A stretch of 64,000 nucleotides of DNA from Daphnia carinata. Taxonomy: Eukaryota. The notes under the pieces are model-generated. The model did not search any database. It was not told where the DNA came from and saw only the letters and a program-made list of their open reading frames with translations. Of this stretch, positions 23,108-36,647 are shown piece by piece (the stretch's first letter is position 1; each line of letters starts with the position of its first letter). The stretch lies in the NCBI RefSeq assembly GCF_022539665.2, contig NC_081334.1:3038001-3102000 (forward strand), given 5' to 3'. The position numbers were made by a program, and so were the translations under genes.

Positions 23108-26100
23108 TCATACTTCACCGACATCTTTTAGTATCTTTTTCTCGAGATTCTTAAAATCTTCAAAATATGCTTCTCGGCTGTTGTACAGCGACTGAGGTGC
23201 AGGCAGTGGGATGGGTGGGGTAGTCGTACTTGGCTGTAGCATTTGCGCCATTGACATGCGATGTCGTACCTCTTTATCCACAAAAGTTTCAACTTTTGTC
23301 AGCTGATTTTCGAATGTAAAAAATTATGGAACTTGCGTATGTGGGAAAACTATTCCATCGTATTTACCTCTCGAACACCTGGGCATAAACTTTTTGTATA
23401 GAAAGGCAGCAAAGTAATTTTACCCGTTCCGTCCGCATCAGTTATGGCGATATACGTTCCTTCTTCGTCCCGTCCGAAACCAATGGCTGTTCATGATTTG
23501 CACGTGAAATTCATCCTCGTCGAAAACTTAAAAGATGTTTTATACAAACTAGTTAAGTACCCGTAATGGCCGATTTCGAAATGCGCATTTGCCGTTGCGG
23601 TCTCGATGTAGAAATGAGAATATCCCAGATTTCCACCAGACCGTCCGCCAATCCGATGGCTACCACTGACGTTTGCCACGGTGACCAAGCGGCTGATTGA
23701 ATCGTAACCGGCCTTGGAGCCAGTTCTAATACAGGACCTTCCTAATAATTTCATTATTTCAAATTTAAACCCTAAAGAAAGTTAGGAAATGTTTCGTACC
23801 AGTTCGACAGACTTCCAGAGGGCCCAAATCCGACCTCCTATTGATAACACCGTATTCGAAATATGGGGAGCTGGAATGATATCGACGACAGGGCCGTCGT
23901 GAAAGGCGATACACAAATTTGCTGTGCAGGCTTTTCTCGAAATCGTTGGAATTTAAAAAAAAAATTTCGCAGTGAGAAATGTTAGGCTCGCTAACCTGCG
24001 CCGCGTTCCATTTCTGAATAGTTTCTCCAATCCATGATAAAAATCTCGCCTTCCTCAGTTCCAGCGACGCAAATTGGCGGATACACAGCCAACTCTGCAA
24101 GACGCGCTATAGTAGAAAAAACGGGCAGTTATCTTATTTTGACCTCGTAGAATTACTTCATGTTTTTTTTTTAAACATTACAGTGCGCCTTTTTCTCCGA
24201 ATGGTCGATCATCGTGAAACATGTGATGGCTACATCACGTCGTTTATCTTTCACAATGGGAAATATCTACGTCGGGCAAAACGAAAAAAAAAAAATACTT
24301 TGACATTTAGCTATTTACACGGAACATTCGAATTTGTAAACTATTAATGTACCTTAAAAGCGGGTCGAACGCGACTGGGCAAGCGTGGGATGGGAATCGT
24401 AGTGAGTTTGATATTTTCGTCTATCAACTTGGCGTCCCATACAGTCATGAATCCATCATAGCAAGTGTACATTTGCCAGATGTTTCGATTGGCCGTCAGT
24501 CCTACGGGTCCTTTCGTCGAGAACTATATTCAATTGAATTATTGATTTACCATCGACAAAAGGGCCAAGTAGAAAGAGAATCTTTACCTCAACGGAACCG
24601 GTAGTCCATTCGATGCGTCGACTAGTACACGGATAGTTTTCCAATGTTGCAGCAATGGGAATGACGACTGGAGTGGCTTCTTTCGGCCGGACTTGTTGCC
24701 ATTTGTTTTTGGGACCTTTCAAGAGCAATGCGTGAGTCGAAATGTCCCAAACGACGATCATGCCAGAATGGCAAGATGCAGCTAAAACATACGGATGCAT
24801 AGTGTTGAAACGGATGGCCAAGATATCGTCCGGCGCTTCCAAAATTATCTATAACCAATAATCATTGATGCTTGATTCCATTATTTAGATTGCGCACGAA
24901 AAAAGCTTACTGTCGGTTCCAGCAATTGGGAAGTCTTCCAAACGATGCCGAAATGGCGGCCGTTGTTTCGACTCGAATCTCGGAATAGTTGTCTGTGTTC
25001 CATCTGGATTTTAGACGCGTAACCAGCCGCAACGATTCCTAAAGATTAGCCAAAATGCACGTGTCCGCGTCTTAATCCAATTTGAAAATTTGAATACCAG
25101 GGAAAGTCGGATGACAATGAAGAGCCGTAACGAATTTGCCTTCACACAATTCTCCTTGATGCATCAAGCGTCGAGGAGCTCGAGCGGTCCATCGCTGGCC
25201 TTTCACCGGTGATTTTCGAGGGCTGTCATTCGCTCTCATTGGATCCAGACTGTTATCCGAACAAACAAGTTTGCTCACATGATCGTTGAATGGATTGAAT
25301 AGGCAGTTCTCGACCAAAACGCGTTCGACTCTGTTGAAACAAAAATTTCATAAATGATGCCCGTCATTTGATTGATTGTGTTGTGAATAACATTACCGCA
25401 ATGAAGCTTTACTGAGGAATGTTTGAAAAGCGACAGAAGATAAGTGATGATCGATTTCTTGTTGATTAAACTGTCTCGCCTCGTACTGGCTCGTGGCATG
25501 TCTTGGATAACTGCAAAGAGAACAACCGACCTTCGAGTACGGAGACATCAAATAAAGCAACCCATTGGCTAAAACAGGGTAAACTGGTTTTTCCATTAAC
25601 GCAAAGGGAACCCTAAAATCATGTGTTGTTTTTTTCTTTTCGGAACTTCTTTTAGGGAGTACGTGGGAGCGGATGAAAAAAAGGACCTCACAAATAACAC
25701 ACCAATTTAAAAAATTCTAACCGGACCCTCACGGGAGTCGGGAAAATCGCCCAGCGTGGCAGGCGGATACGTGCTGCCGTGCTATCAAATATGTAAGTGT
25801 TTTTTTTTTTGTTTTTGAAAAAAAGATCAACGGGAATGTGGGAAGCTACCATTTAAATTCTTGTGTGTGAAAACTGACGAGTGATTTTGATATTGGACGA
25901 TGTCGAGGTTATCGCTTTGAAGAGGTTAATCGCCAACTGCTAATCGATGTAAAGCAAGCGAAATCGAGTTTACTTGAGCATAGTCTGCGAACTTCCGGTC
26001 TTGGATCCTCCAGCCGCCTGTTTGCAATTGAAAAGAGAGACAGAAATTAGCAATGCGTGGGTGGCAATTTTTAAAGCTGTTCAAAACTAAGAGTCAACAC

Positions 26101-26765
26101 GATGACGACATCAAGAAAAATTATTTGCTAAAGAAGCTAAAAACAAGAAAAGAAAATGGAGAAAAAACAAATGGCGTGATTTTTAATGTACTCTGAATGG
26201 AAAACGAGAAAAGATCGTGAACGACCGGCTCTCGCAGCGCCAGTTATCGACAAATGACCGTTCCGATTTCCCCACGGCTGGAAACTTACACGCACAACAG
26301 CAGCAATGGGCATCGTATGGGATCTGGTGTCACAAGACTCTTTCAGGAAAGTTATGTTTACGAGACATCATAAAAAATAAAGCGGCGTACCAAATGACTC
26401 GGCTGTACGTACACAATGCCCACCATTTGAAAAGACGGTTTGTTTTTGTGTTTAGAAAAAGAAGAAGGCTGAAAAACAAAACAAAAGTTACATCACCTGG
26501 ACACCTCGAGTGCGCCGGCGGATGGGGTGTGACAATAGCTCTGTGACGGTTGTGGGCGGGAATTCCGCCGTTAGTTCAGCATGGTCGGCCGCGTCCTTGG
26601 TGACGAATTTACACGTTCGCGGCAATGAGCTCGTATAGACAATCACTTGCAACTTTTTTTTTCGTTGTCAGGTTCCCAAATAGTAAATTATATTAAGAAA
26701 ACCGTGAAAGATGATTGAAAAGAAATTCGTTTTACCGGACTTTTCGTAGCTGTTGGCTCTTCCAT
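23108..26765 (-). CDS. DNAI3: WD40 axonemal dynein intermediate chain WDR63/DNAI3 (IC140-like), multi-exon; internal boundaries not resolved
   Basis: LEAPDDILAIRFNTMHPYVLAASCHSGMIVVWDIS resembles the WDR63 WD repeat. C-terminus YFEDFKNLEKKILKDVGEV*. Candidate first exon MEEPTATKSP|gt at 26765. Confidence 0.7.
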
Positions 26766-26790
26766 GGCGGTACGCCGAAAAGCTTGTCAC

Positions 26791-26804
26791 GTCGTTATGG
26801 CAAC
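26791..26804. promoter_or_regulatory. X-box (RFX site) candidate GTCGTT-AT-GGCAAC
   Basis: Close match to the RFX X-box consensus, about 25 bp upstream of the candidate DNAI3 ATG. Confidence 0.55.
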
Positions 26805-28106
26805 AACGGACTAGGACGATAATGCAGCGGCAAAGTTCCAAAGTTAGAGGGAAAACATAAAAAAAAAAAAAAGAAAATAAGAAACATCACCAAAACAAAA
26901 AAAAAAAAACCGGTCCACAGCTGCTTGCGTTCCGTGGCGAAGGTGACTCTGGAGCTCACGTTTATCTTAGCATAATATCCTGAGTCAAATGAACGACATT
27001 ACGCTAAGATTCACGAAAGTACAAAGTCACTTTTCCCTTCTTTTTTTTCCCTACGAAAATAACTAAAATAGGAGAAAAAGAACAGATGTAGTGCGTGTGC
27101 GTAAACAGTCGAGTCGTCAGTTTTGCAGTCTGACCCAATATGTATGTTGGCCGATCCAAGCGACTAGGTTTTTATAGGCTTCAAGTGGCCAGTCTGGAAC
27201 GCTAAGAAGAGGGGCGGAGCCATCACCCCTTTAGCTCCGAATCCAATCAACGATGCGAATAAGCGACCGTGCTTTTTCTATTACTTAAATTTAAAGATGA
27301 AAACTGGGTAGAAATATTTGAATGAGTCTAAGTTACGCTATTGAAATTCTCAGCTGCGGGTGGCCGTTTCTCGAGGTGTCGAATGCAATCACGACGGATT
27401 GGATATCGCATATCGATTCAATTTGCGTCTCTAAAAAAAAAAAAAAAAGAAAATTGCTAAAGTGGGAAATGAAAGAGATTTCGTCGTATTATTTAAAAAA
27501 AAACCGTACTGGGACGCAATTGAAGGCGATTGGGTGTAGGTGAACCGTGCGTGTTATTTCAGGGTCAGCTTATTGCTGGCCGGCGAAGATGCAGACCGCT
27601 GTGTGCGATGTGAAATGGAAGAATGCGTACCCAGACGCGGCGACCCGACACCTTCACGGTCCAACTCTTGCCCGGTCCTGAAGGGGGAGAGAGTTCAACA
27701 CACAACACTGCGGCTTCCATTGGACGGAAAAGAACAGATGGGCCACTAAAAACACGCACAGAGTTGCGTGTGCTGCATGGGGGCGCCCGAAATCTGAGCG
27801 ACTATCTTTATCCTGAAAAAACAAAAGGTCGATAAATATGAATTTGAAACGTCGGTTTCAACTCCGTTTACCGATTGTTTGATCACAAGAAGTATTGGTA
27901 TACTTGATGTTGGTATATTAGCAAAGGGCGTCCTTGGGTTGCTCTTGTAAGTGAACGGGTTATTTAATGTTATTGAGGTCCTTCTGGTAAAATGCCTTTA
28001 GGTCATACAGTCTAAAATCGGTCATCGGCAGGGTGGAGAAAGAGGAGTGAGTAAAAAGCTAATGGTATCCATAGCGACACCGTTTGTTGTGATGGAATGT
28101 ATAATT

Positions 28107-28603
28107 TCAACGATGTCGTTTCATTTCCAGTTCCTGGTATACCTTTAAAGAAACAGGAACGTAAAATACGAGATACCTCCCGCCAGTCTGCGGCCTACCA
28201 GGAAATCGTCCGGGCGGAATATTTTCAACATCGTACAGATTAGTGGTCAATACGCCGGAACCGTCCGAGATTTTTTTTTTCTTTCCTGTTTGGTCCATAA
28301 GCCATGCTGTTGGAAATCCCGGGAAGACTTCGTCGTCCGACAAATCTTCATTAACCACAGGTTTGTTTAATAAAAATAAGGTACGCCGAGTACCCATTGC
28401 ACCCAATTGTTGTAGTCAATGGTGTTTGAAATTTGGGTATGGCTGTGATTTAACCTGAGAACGACAAGCAAATTAGAATTCGCATTTCAGTCGATTTTTT
28501 TCGGTGCGTACACGAGGGCTGTATGAGTCAGTTGATAGTTACCTTTGCATGAATTATAAATGGTGTTCGGGAGTCTTGTCCCGCTCTGTTCAATTGTTGC
28601 CAT
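28107..28603 (-). CDS. Small putative spliced gene, head-to-head with KIF17; product unknown (weak PIERCE-like motifs)
   Basis: ATG at 28603 followed by a donor near 28542, and downstream coding-like segments ISNSMAYG and TTNLYDVENIPPGRF. The 3' end is uncertain. Confidence 0.3.
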
Positions 28604-28686
28604 GACGGCGACATATCGAGCGTTCAAGTAACTCGATCTGCCTTCTCTTTCACATTTAGGAATCGAGTGACACAAGGTTAGCACCT

Positions 28687-31600
28687 ATGGCTACAGGATC
28701 GGAGTGCGTACGAGTGATCGTTCGCTGCCGGCCGATGAACGTGCGCGAAAGCCAGCTCAATAGCAAGGTGATTCATACTTGAACGTGTGCTGTAAACAAG
28801 CCCCAGGGTCTGGGCTAATTGAGACATGGCACTTTGGGTCTCAATTGAGTGTTTATCACGGTATCGTTGCGTGACTTTGCTTTGCATGCACACTCATTTT
28901 ACTCTAAGTGGTGTGCTGATCGTCGAGTAACAGATGATCAAATTGAAAAATGATTTTTAACTTCATTCTTACTCGTTTGTGGAGGAAATTAGAATGTGGT
29001 CCAAATTAATCCCTCAGCACTGCAATGTTCTCTTCTCGCCGTACCATCTAGTCACAATGAAATCAATGATACGACCAAGACATTCACTTTTGATGGTGTT
29101 TACGACCAGACGTCAACCACCGAACAACTTTACACAGATTTCGGCTATCCTCTTGTCGAAGTTATAGCTCAATCATAAATAATGCACCCTATTGAAAAAT
29201 TAATTAATTATTACTTTCAATTAGGGAGTCATTGAAGGATATAATGCAACTGTCTTTGCCTATGGCCAAACAGGAAGTGGGAAAAGCTTTACTATGCAAG
29301 GAGTATCGTCTCCCCCAAACCAGACAGGGATTCTGCCACGTGCTTTTGAACATCTATTCGACAGTATTGCTGCTGCAGAAGGCATGAAATATCTCGTCTT
29401 CGCGTCCTATCTAGAAATTTACAGTAACTAAGATGGCGATACCGCATGCCAAATTTACTTCGTTTATCAATTTTTTTTTTGTGCACAAGACGAGGAAATC
29501 CGCGATTTGTTGAGCCCTGATTACAAAAGGAAGTTGGAGTTGAAAGAAAATTCCGATCGAGGTGTCTACGTAGCCCATCTGAGGTAATTCACAATAATTA
29601 ATCGGTTAATTTATTTGCGAAAACTTTAACGTTGTAATGCTTCTAACTTAAGTCAGCATGCTGTAAACAGTGTTGACGATTGCCAAAGACTCATGGAAAA
29701 TGGGTGGAAGGTATCATACAATTTTAAGAACACACGAATTGCAATCTATCTGTTATTTCAAAATGTTACGGAATACAGAATCGGGCGGTAGGGGCCACGC
29801 TGATGAACGCCGATTCGTCAAGATCTCATTCTCTCTTCAGTATCTCTGTAGAGATGATGGAAACATTTAAAGAAGCAAAGGGAGAACAGCAATCTATTCG
29901 TAGAGGGAAATTAAACCTTGTTGACCTGGCTGGTAGTGAACGGCAATCTAAAACAGGTACCTTTACAATAGTTTAAAATAGCAAAAACCAGACATGGCTA
30001 ACTTCTTCATGGGTACTTTTGTGGTTTCAACAAAGTAATCTACTTTCCTTCTAAAATAGGGGCTACTGGAGATCGTTTAAAAGAGGCCACGAAGATTAAT
30101 TTGTCACTTTCGGCTCTGGGTAATGTCATTTCTGCATTGGTTGATGGAAAATCCAAACACATCCCATACAGAGACTCCAAACTAACACGATTATTGCAGG
30201 TAATGAATATTGTTTATCAAACCATAAGTAAACATAATTCTTTAAAATTTGTCTCTTTATTTAAAGGATTCTTTAGGAGGCAATACGAAAACCTTAATGA
30301 TTGCTTGTATTTCACCAGCTGATGACAATTATGATGAAACATTAAGTACCCTGAGATATGCAAATCGTGCCAAGAATATTCAAAATAGACCTAGAATTAA
30401 CCAGGATCCCAAGGATGCAATGTTAAGGGAGTATCAAAAAGAGATCGAGCGACTTAGTCAAATGGTTGATCAACAAAAATCAATCGAGGCCCAAAATATT
30501 AAACCAGGTGAGTGGGTTATGTATAAGTTTATTTGTGTTATATTGATAAAGTCTCTAAATCATGGAAAAAAATTGTAGAATCATTTTTCTTCATAAATTC
30601 CATAAATGTATCACTTTTGGTAGAAATTGTTCTTGAACAAGAAAAAGTCTTGCTGCAGATCGAATACGAAGAAAAAATTCGCCAACTTCAGAGGGAGGTA
30701 GAAAAGGAGCAAGAAACGAACGCCAAAGCAGCTTCTGAGATGGAAAACGTACGCCGAGCTTATGAAGCTGATTTGCAGAAAATTAATAATTCGAAAAAGG
30801 TATGAGAAAAAAAAATCAAGTTGCAATCAAAAACCCTGTCCAGCAAACAATTTTATTTCAAAACTGTATAGAAAATTGAATTGGATGAAGAGGCTCAAGA
30901 AACCCTAAAGAGGCAAGTAGCTAGTCTTAACTCCAGACATCATAATCTTCTTTGTTTACCTTTTCATATCCGCATTTCCCGCCTTTAAAAAAGCCATCTG
31001 GCGTCTGCTTCTGAAGAAGCATTAATTTTAAAACTGAAAAACTGAGAAAAATCTGGTGAAAGAAATAACAGCTGAAAAAGTGTTTCTATTAAGGCTGAGG
31101 CAAATCGAGGGCAACTTGGTAGGAGGAGAGAAAGCCAATGATCCAGAGTTTCGGGAGCGGTACTGGAAGCGGAAGAATCAGTCGGAACGTCGGAGAGCTT
31201 TGCTAGCGCAGCTTTTGGCTAGAACAGAGGACGAAGATGGGGCGCTTTTGCGAGTATATGATGACATCCAACATGAAGTCCGAGTTAAAACTGAAGCCAT
31301 CAAAAAATACAAACTGAAAGTAAGTTAATTGACATTTTGTGTAACAGCCAAATCAAATAATTTTTTAATGAAAACAAAGCTACGTTCCCTGGATCGAGAT
31401 ATTCAAGATTTGCAAAGTGAATTCGAAAGAGAAAGATGCGACTACCTCGAAACGGTTCGACGGCAAGAACAACAGTTAAGACTGCTCCACGAAATTATTG
31501 CTAAAGTTCAACCTCTTATACGGAAAGATTCCAATTACAGGTTTCAGCCCATACCCCTATTTAAATTTTGCAAGCCACTTCTAAAATTTTCAATCTCTCG

Positions 31601-32098
31601 TAGCGATCTTGATCATATAAAGCAACAATGCATATGGATTGACGAAATACAGCGTTGGAAACTACCAGAAGTCACCTATAAGCGAACAAAACTGCCACCT
31701 GCCAGTGAATTATTTACACTAGTGGAGCGAAACGTCGATATCTTACTAATTTATCGTATTTTCTGTTACTGAAGATTTTACTGGTATGTCATCTTACGGC
31801 CAGTACGACGCAACGGCTGAGACTGATGAAGTGGACGACGTACCTCATGAAGACCGTTTGTTACAGGTGACAACTAGAAACGTAAAGACAACCATAGTAA
31901 ATTGTTAATTATCAATTTCCAATGTTGTTAAAAAGAATTAATTCTTTTCAATTTGCAAATTTATAAATGTGTGTTCTCTGCAAACAGAAGTTGAAAAAAG
32001 GGGAAGCTGAAAATTTAGCTGGTCGGTACTTCGCCTCCAACCGGGCCAAGGAGATCGTCATTCGTGTAAACAACGATGTACATCGAGCTAAACGTTAG
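28687..32098 (+). CDS. KIF17: Homodimeric kinesin-2 KIF17/OSM-3 (multi-exon)
   Basis: [92 protein letters not shown]. The tail [20 protein letters not shown] is typical of KIF17. Confidence 0.9.
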
Positions 32099-32269
32099 TA
32101 TTTTAATTTTCCCTTCTAAATAGTATATGTCCGGCAGCCACTAACAGATTTTGTGGACGAAAAATTGGAAGGAAAAGAAGCCAAAAAAAAAATTGTAGGA
32201 AGAAGACTCGATCTGTGTCGGTGCAGTTTGCAAACACGTAGACATAGCTATAAAGTTTGATTGTATATA

Positions 32270-32359
32270 GCCGTAATCGTCTAGTGGTTAGGACCCTACG
32301 TTGTGGAAACAACGTACAGCAATTCCGTAGTAACCCAGGTTCGAATCCTGGTTACGGCA
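32270..32359 (+). tRNA. tRNA-His(GTG) with an 18-nt intron (32307-32324)
   Basis: GCCGTAA...TTACGGC-A acceptor stem, anticodon arm CTACG-TTGTGG[intron]C-CGTAG, T-loop GTTCGAATC and a downstream T-run terminator. Confidence 0.88.
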
Positions 32360-34043
32360 CGATCTTTTATTTTTTTTTTTTTGAAAGGTCTAGCTTTTTC
32401 TACTTTATCATTATTTGCCTACCACCCTTTATAATAATTAAATAATTTACACAACAAAATATGATCAATGAGCTCAAAAAGGCTAATTTTAATTTTTATA
32501 TTCTTTTTTTACGAAGTCTGCATGATTTTTCGTCCCAAGCCAGAAGGCTCTGCAAACCAGGCTGAGACAGATATATTTATCGATTATCGAATATCGATAT
32601 CAAGTATAATATCTTCTACTTAAGAAGTCATTGACTTATCACGTACAAATTCATTTTTTGTAGTTCATTTATAGTTTATTTACTTATTTTATTTATTCCT
32701 GGCAAAGTTAGAGGAAACTGAATAGAATCTTTTATTTTCGTCAAACTCATTTGCAAGTTCCTAAAAATGAAACAATTTGCCCCGGAAGTTTAGATCCTGC
32801 AATGAAGGGAAATTCACTAAGTCATTCATCGCTCAACCACTTCCCGTCGTCAATGGGATCTTCCCCAGAGTACATGACTGGTTCTGGAAATTCGTACTTG
32901 ACGACCAACGGACCAATGCTATCTTCATGGAGTGCACCAAACGCTTTATCCGGCCAACTCAGTGGCTGGACATCAGGTCAGGAGCCTTAGCTCTTCTCAA
33001 GCAGGTAAAAAATAAAGATGATTTTAACGACTTAATATCCATTTACAGAAGCGGTTTTTATGAACGGAAACGTCAGGAAGCCGAAACGCTTGGAGTCTTT
33101 AACAGTCGAGGCTCCGGGGGGAAGACCCATGCCCTCGATTGTCAACAATAAGACCAATCTACCTGCCTATGCGCCATCAGTAATAAAATTCACCTGACAA
33201 TCGTTAATTTATTTCATATTGTTATCATCAGGAATCTTCAATGAAAACAAATATTTATAAACCATGTTTTAAACAATTTCAAAAATTCTGTTAAAGTGGC
33301 AAAATTATAATTTAAAGTGCTACAAGATAAGGTTTTAACTTTTTAAAATTTGGAGAGCATGGATCCCTGGTATAAAAAAGCAGTTGTAAACCACTGCAGG
33401 CCACTCTACTATTTGGCTGTAAACATTTCATCATCTTTTTCGCGTGGTCACTGTCGCAATTTATTTGAGAAGTCACGTAGTGAAATTATGTGGGTACATT
33501 CAGGAGAAAATAGGAAGGCGCTACACCACACGATTTCCAATGACGAATTCAGCGAAAAATTCAGGTCATACGAGAGCAAGCTGAGAATTGCAAATTCAAT
33601 GGTTACAGTTATACACGTTGTTGTAATCGACCGATTCCGAATAAAGAAAGTGTGCCATGTAGGTGCAATTTAGTTTCTTGACATGATATCTGCACCTCTA
33701 GTTTCTTGGCCAATAAAATTGTGAAAGACAGGTATGTTTACTATAGAAAAATGTCAAGAAAACTGGAATTAGACCAAATCTCTGCCTTTCGAGCATGTAC
33801 AGGAGATAGCAGAAAAATGTGTCAGATATAGCAAACAATGCATAGGGAAATTCCTTTCCATATTTTTCCGCAATATAATGCAAATGGCGGAGGGAAAAGC
33901 AATGTGAGACACGAGAGGCCCCGCAGTAAGAATTCCAAATTACATAATAAAAAATTTTGTATGCTCAATGTGCCTGTTAATGGTGTTGCTGTGTAAAATT
34001 GTCCAAGTATTTCCCATATGTTTGGATTTTCCCTGCCTTTCCT

Positions 34044-34057
34044 ATCACCATAGTTAC
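34044..34057. promoter_or_regulatory. X-box candidate ATCACC-AT-AGTTAC
   Basis: X-box-like 14-mer about 30 bp upstream of the BBS2 ATG. BBS genes are classical RFX targets. Confidence 0.45.
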
Positions 34058-34085
34058 CATCAGACGCCAAAACGTCTAGCACAGC

Positions 34086-36647
34086 ATGTTGACACTCGTG
34101 AACGTTATTGAACTAAACCTCTCTGTTTTTCCGGGACAATTAACTATCTGCAAATTTAAAGAAAATGCTGATACTGGAATTACATCCAGTTACGTCGGTG
34201 CCACTAGTGCCAACAAGGTAGGGTTGTTCTGTAACAGATATATTGTTTCTTATAGCCATAAATGGAAAGGTCAAAATTGGTTCCTCGAAGGTTTTTGTCC
34301 GACATACCAATCCGGTACAACAAGATCAAATCCAGTATTTGAATATCGATCAGAGAATTACAGCACTCTGTAATCATCCTGTTTATCATGCTGCAGTTGT
34401 TATAGGCACAACATCACACTTACTTGTATATGACATAGCTGAAAATAGAACTATGATGAGTAAAGAGGTTATAACACTCAAAGATGTTCGCTACTGGCTT
34501 GATCTAAAATGTTGTATTTACTTTGGTTAGATTGAAAATGGTGTTGGAGCTGTATTGATTGGGTCGTTCAATGAGGAGGGTGAGATAAATGTCATTATTG
34601 GTGGTAACTGTTTCCTCCAGTGTCTGAACATGGAGGGCAACGAGCGTTACTGGAATGTCATGAGTGACCAGGTTTCCGCATTGGCTCTCTTCGATTCTGA
34701 TGGCGACGGCCACAATCACGTAGATTTTAAACTTTAATAAAGCTATATAAATCATTTATTCTAATATTTGGAATTAGTTGATCGCTGGAACAGATGACGG
34801 AAATCTACGTCTGTTTAAAAATGGACGCATGACCTCTGAGATCAAAGAAACGGACGCTGTCACGTACCTAACAGCCTTGACAGATCATTGTTTTGGTTAT
34901 GCTTTAGCCAATGGAACTGTGGGTGTTTACCACAAACGCAACCGCCTATGGAGAATTAAAGTAAGGCCTTTCGTTAACATGAAATAGCTATTTTTGTTGT
35001 TGTGTAGACTGATTTTTTTATTGTTTGTTTGGAAAAACAGTCCAAGAATCATATTGTGGCTCTGGCATCTTTCGATGTGGATAATGACGGCCATCCGGAA
35101 TTGGTATGTGGATGGAGTCACGGCCGGTTCGATGCTAGACATTGGCAGACGGGAGAAGTTGTTTTCAAGGAAAAGCTTGATGCTCAGCACTCTATTGCAG
35201 CCCTAGTCGTAGACGATTGGCTTCAAATGGGACACGCACAGCTTATTGTATGCTCACAGCTTGGTCAAGGTAACTTAATTTAACGAGAAACTATTTTTCT
35301 ACTTTATTCTGTACCGGTGGAGGTTCGCAAAATAGTTTGGAGTTATCTGCCGAGTGACTTGGAATCAACTTCGCTTGACCGGATCAAGGACGAGTATGCC
35401 ACTCAAGCAGAGGAAGAGGCCATCCGGTTGTTACTCATTGGTAAACAAAACCTCTTAGCTGAGCTGGAACATATCCGACAATCTGGACCTTCTACCGAAG
35501 TGGCTGACGAAGAAATGCATTTGACATTGACACATAACCAAGAAAATGTACTACTTCAGTTAGAAGGAGGCGGCATGATTAATGCTGTGATAGTCTTTGC
35601 CGAAGGCCTGTTTGCAAATGGAGAGAGCCACGCACTCCATTATGACCCCCCGAGGACATCAGTCGGAATTCCCCTGCCGGTTCAACGAAACTTGGCCGTC
35701 GATTTGCATGTGAATGCTATCTTCGGCTCCCCCAACAGTGAACTACTTAAAGTAGTTGAAATTGTTCATCCATTGCCGACTTTCTCGCGCTTCAAATCCG
35801 TTTCATGGTCATCTGCGGAGAATCCCTCAGCCCTTCAATTCCGTATAACGGCTCGTCTTCAAGAGCGGATACAAAGGGTATAGTTCTCTTGTTCTAGTTA
35901 CTTGCTTGACCATCATACAGAAAGCTATTTTGCTATGCAGATCGGGTTTTGGATAGCTCAGAATTTCATTGTGTCTCCGGAGTTGCTTAACAGTGACACA
36001 TCAATAGAATTGGCCTTCGAAGTTCTCCCATGGCGAACACCTCTAACAATGATTTTCCGTAATGAAGGCTCCTTTCTGATCGAGTCAGATCGTCTTGACC
36101 ATGTGTCAGAGTTGATTCAACACCTGGCTAAATTCTTCAATGTCCAACACTTGGGAACCGAGATTGAAATTAGGGATGATCATCGAAAAGAGCTACTTGA
36201 GCTGATGGAAGGTGTTCGCGGATACCAGGCTATTCGGCAACGCCTCACGGTAGATATGGCTGATCAGGTGAATGAAATCAGGAATTGGTATAATGAATCA
36301 GAAAACGCCCGTTTGATGAACGACATGGTGGAAATGAAACGTTGTTATGCCGCCATATTGAGCGGAAATCAACAACTTGTCGACCAACAAAACATCCGTG
36401 ACTCCAATTACAGCGAGCTAATGAAGCGCCTCAAGCAAATCAATCTTCATGTTCAACATTCCTCTAACTGTCGCGGTAAAAACAGTTTCCATTGGATACC
36501 TGTAAATTCTAATATTTACTGTGCTTTTTTTTTTAACTAGTGGGGAAATATCAAACAGACGTAATTCAAGCTAGTCGACAGGCTATTAAAGCGGAAGACT
36601 TTGAACAACTTATCAAGATCACTTTGCATGGCATTGAAAATCCTTAG
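34086..36647 (+). CDS. BBS2: Bardet-Biedl syndrome 2 protein (multi-exon)
   Basis: IIGGNCFLQ, ERYWNVMSDQVSALALFDSDGDG, FGYALANGTVGVY...RLWRIKSKN, ELVCGWSHGRFDAR...TGEVVFK, IVFAEGLF...GESH and QRLTVDMAD are all BBS2 motifs. Confidence 0.92.

Noticed and set aside
32751..33181. Short ORFs with a faint histone-H3-like feel
   Set aside because: There is no in-frame ATG for the relevant frame and the similarity is too weak to support a call.
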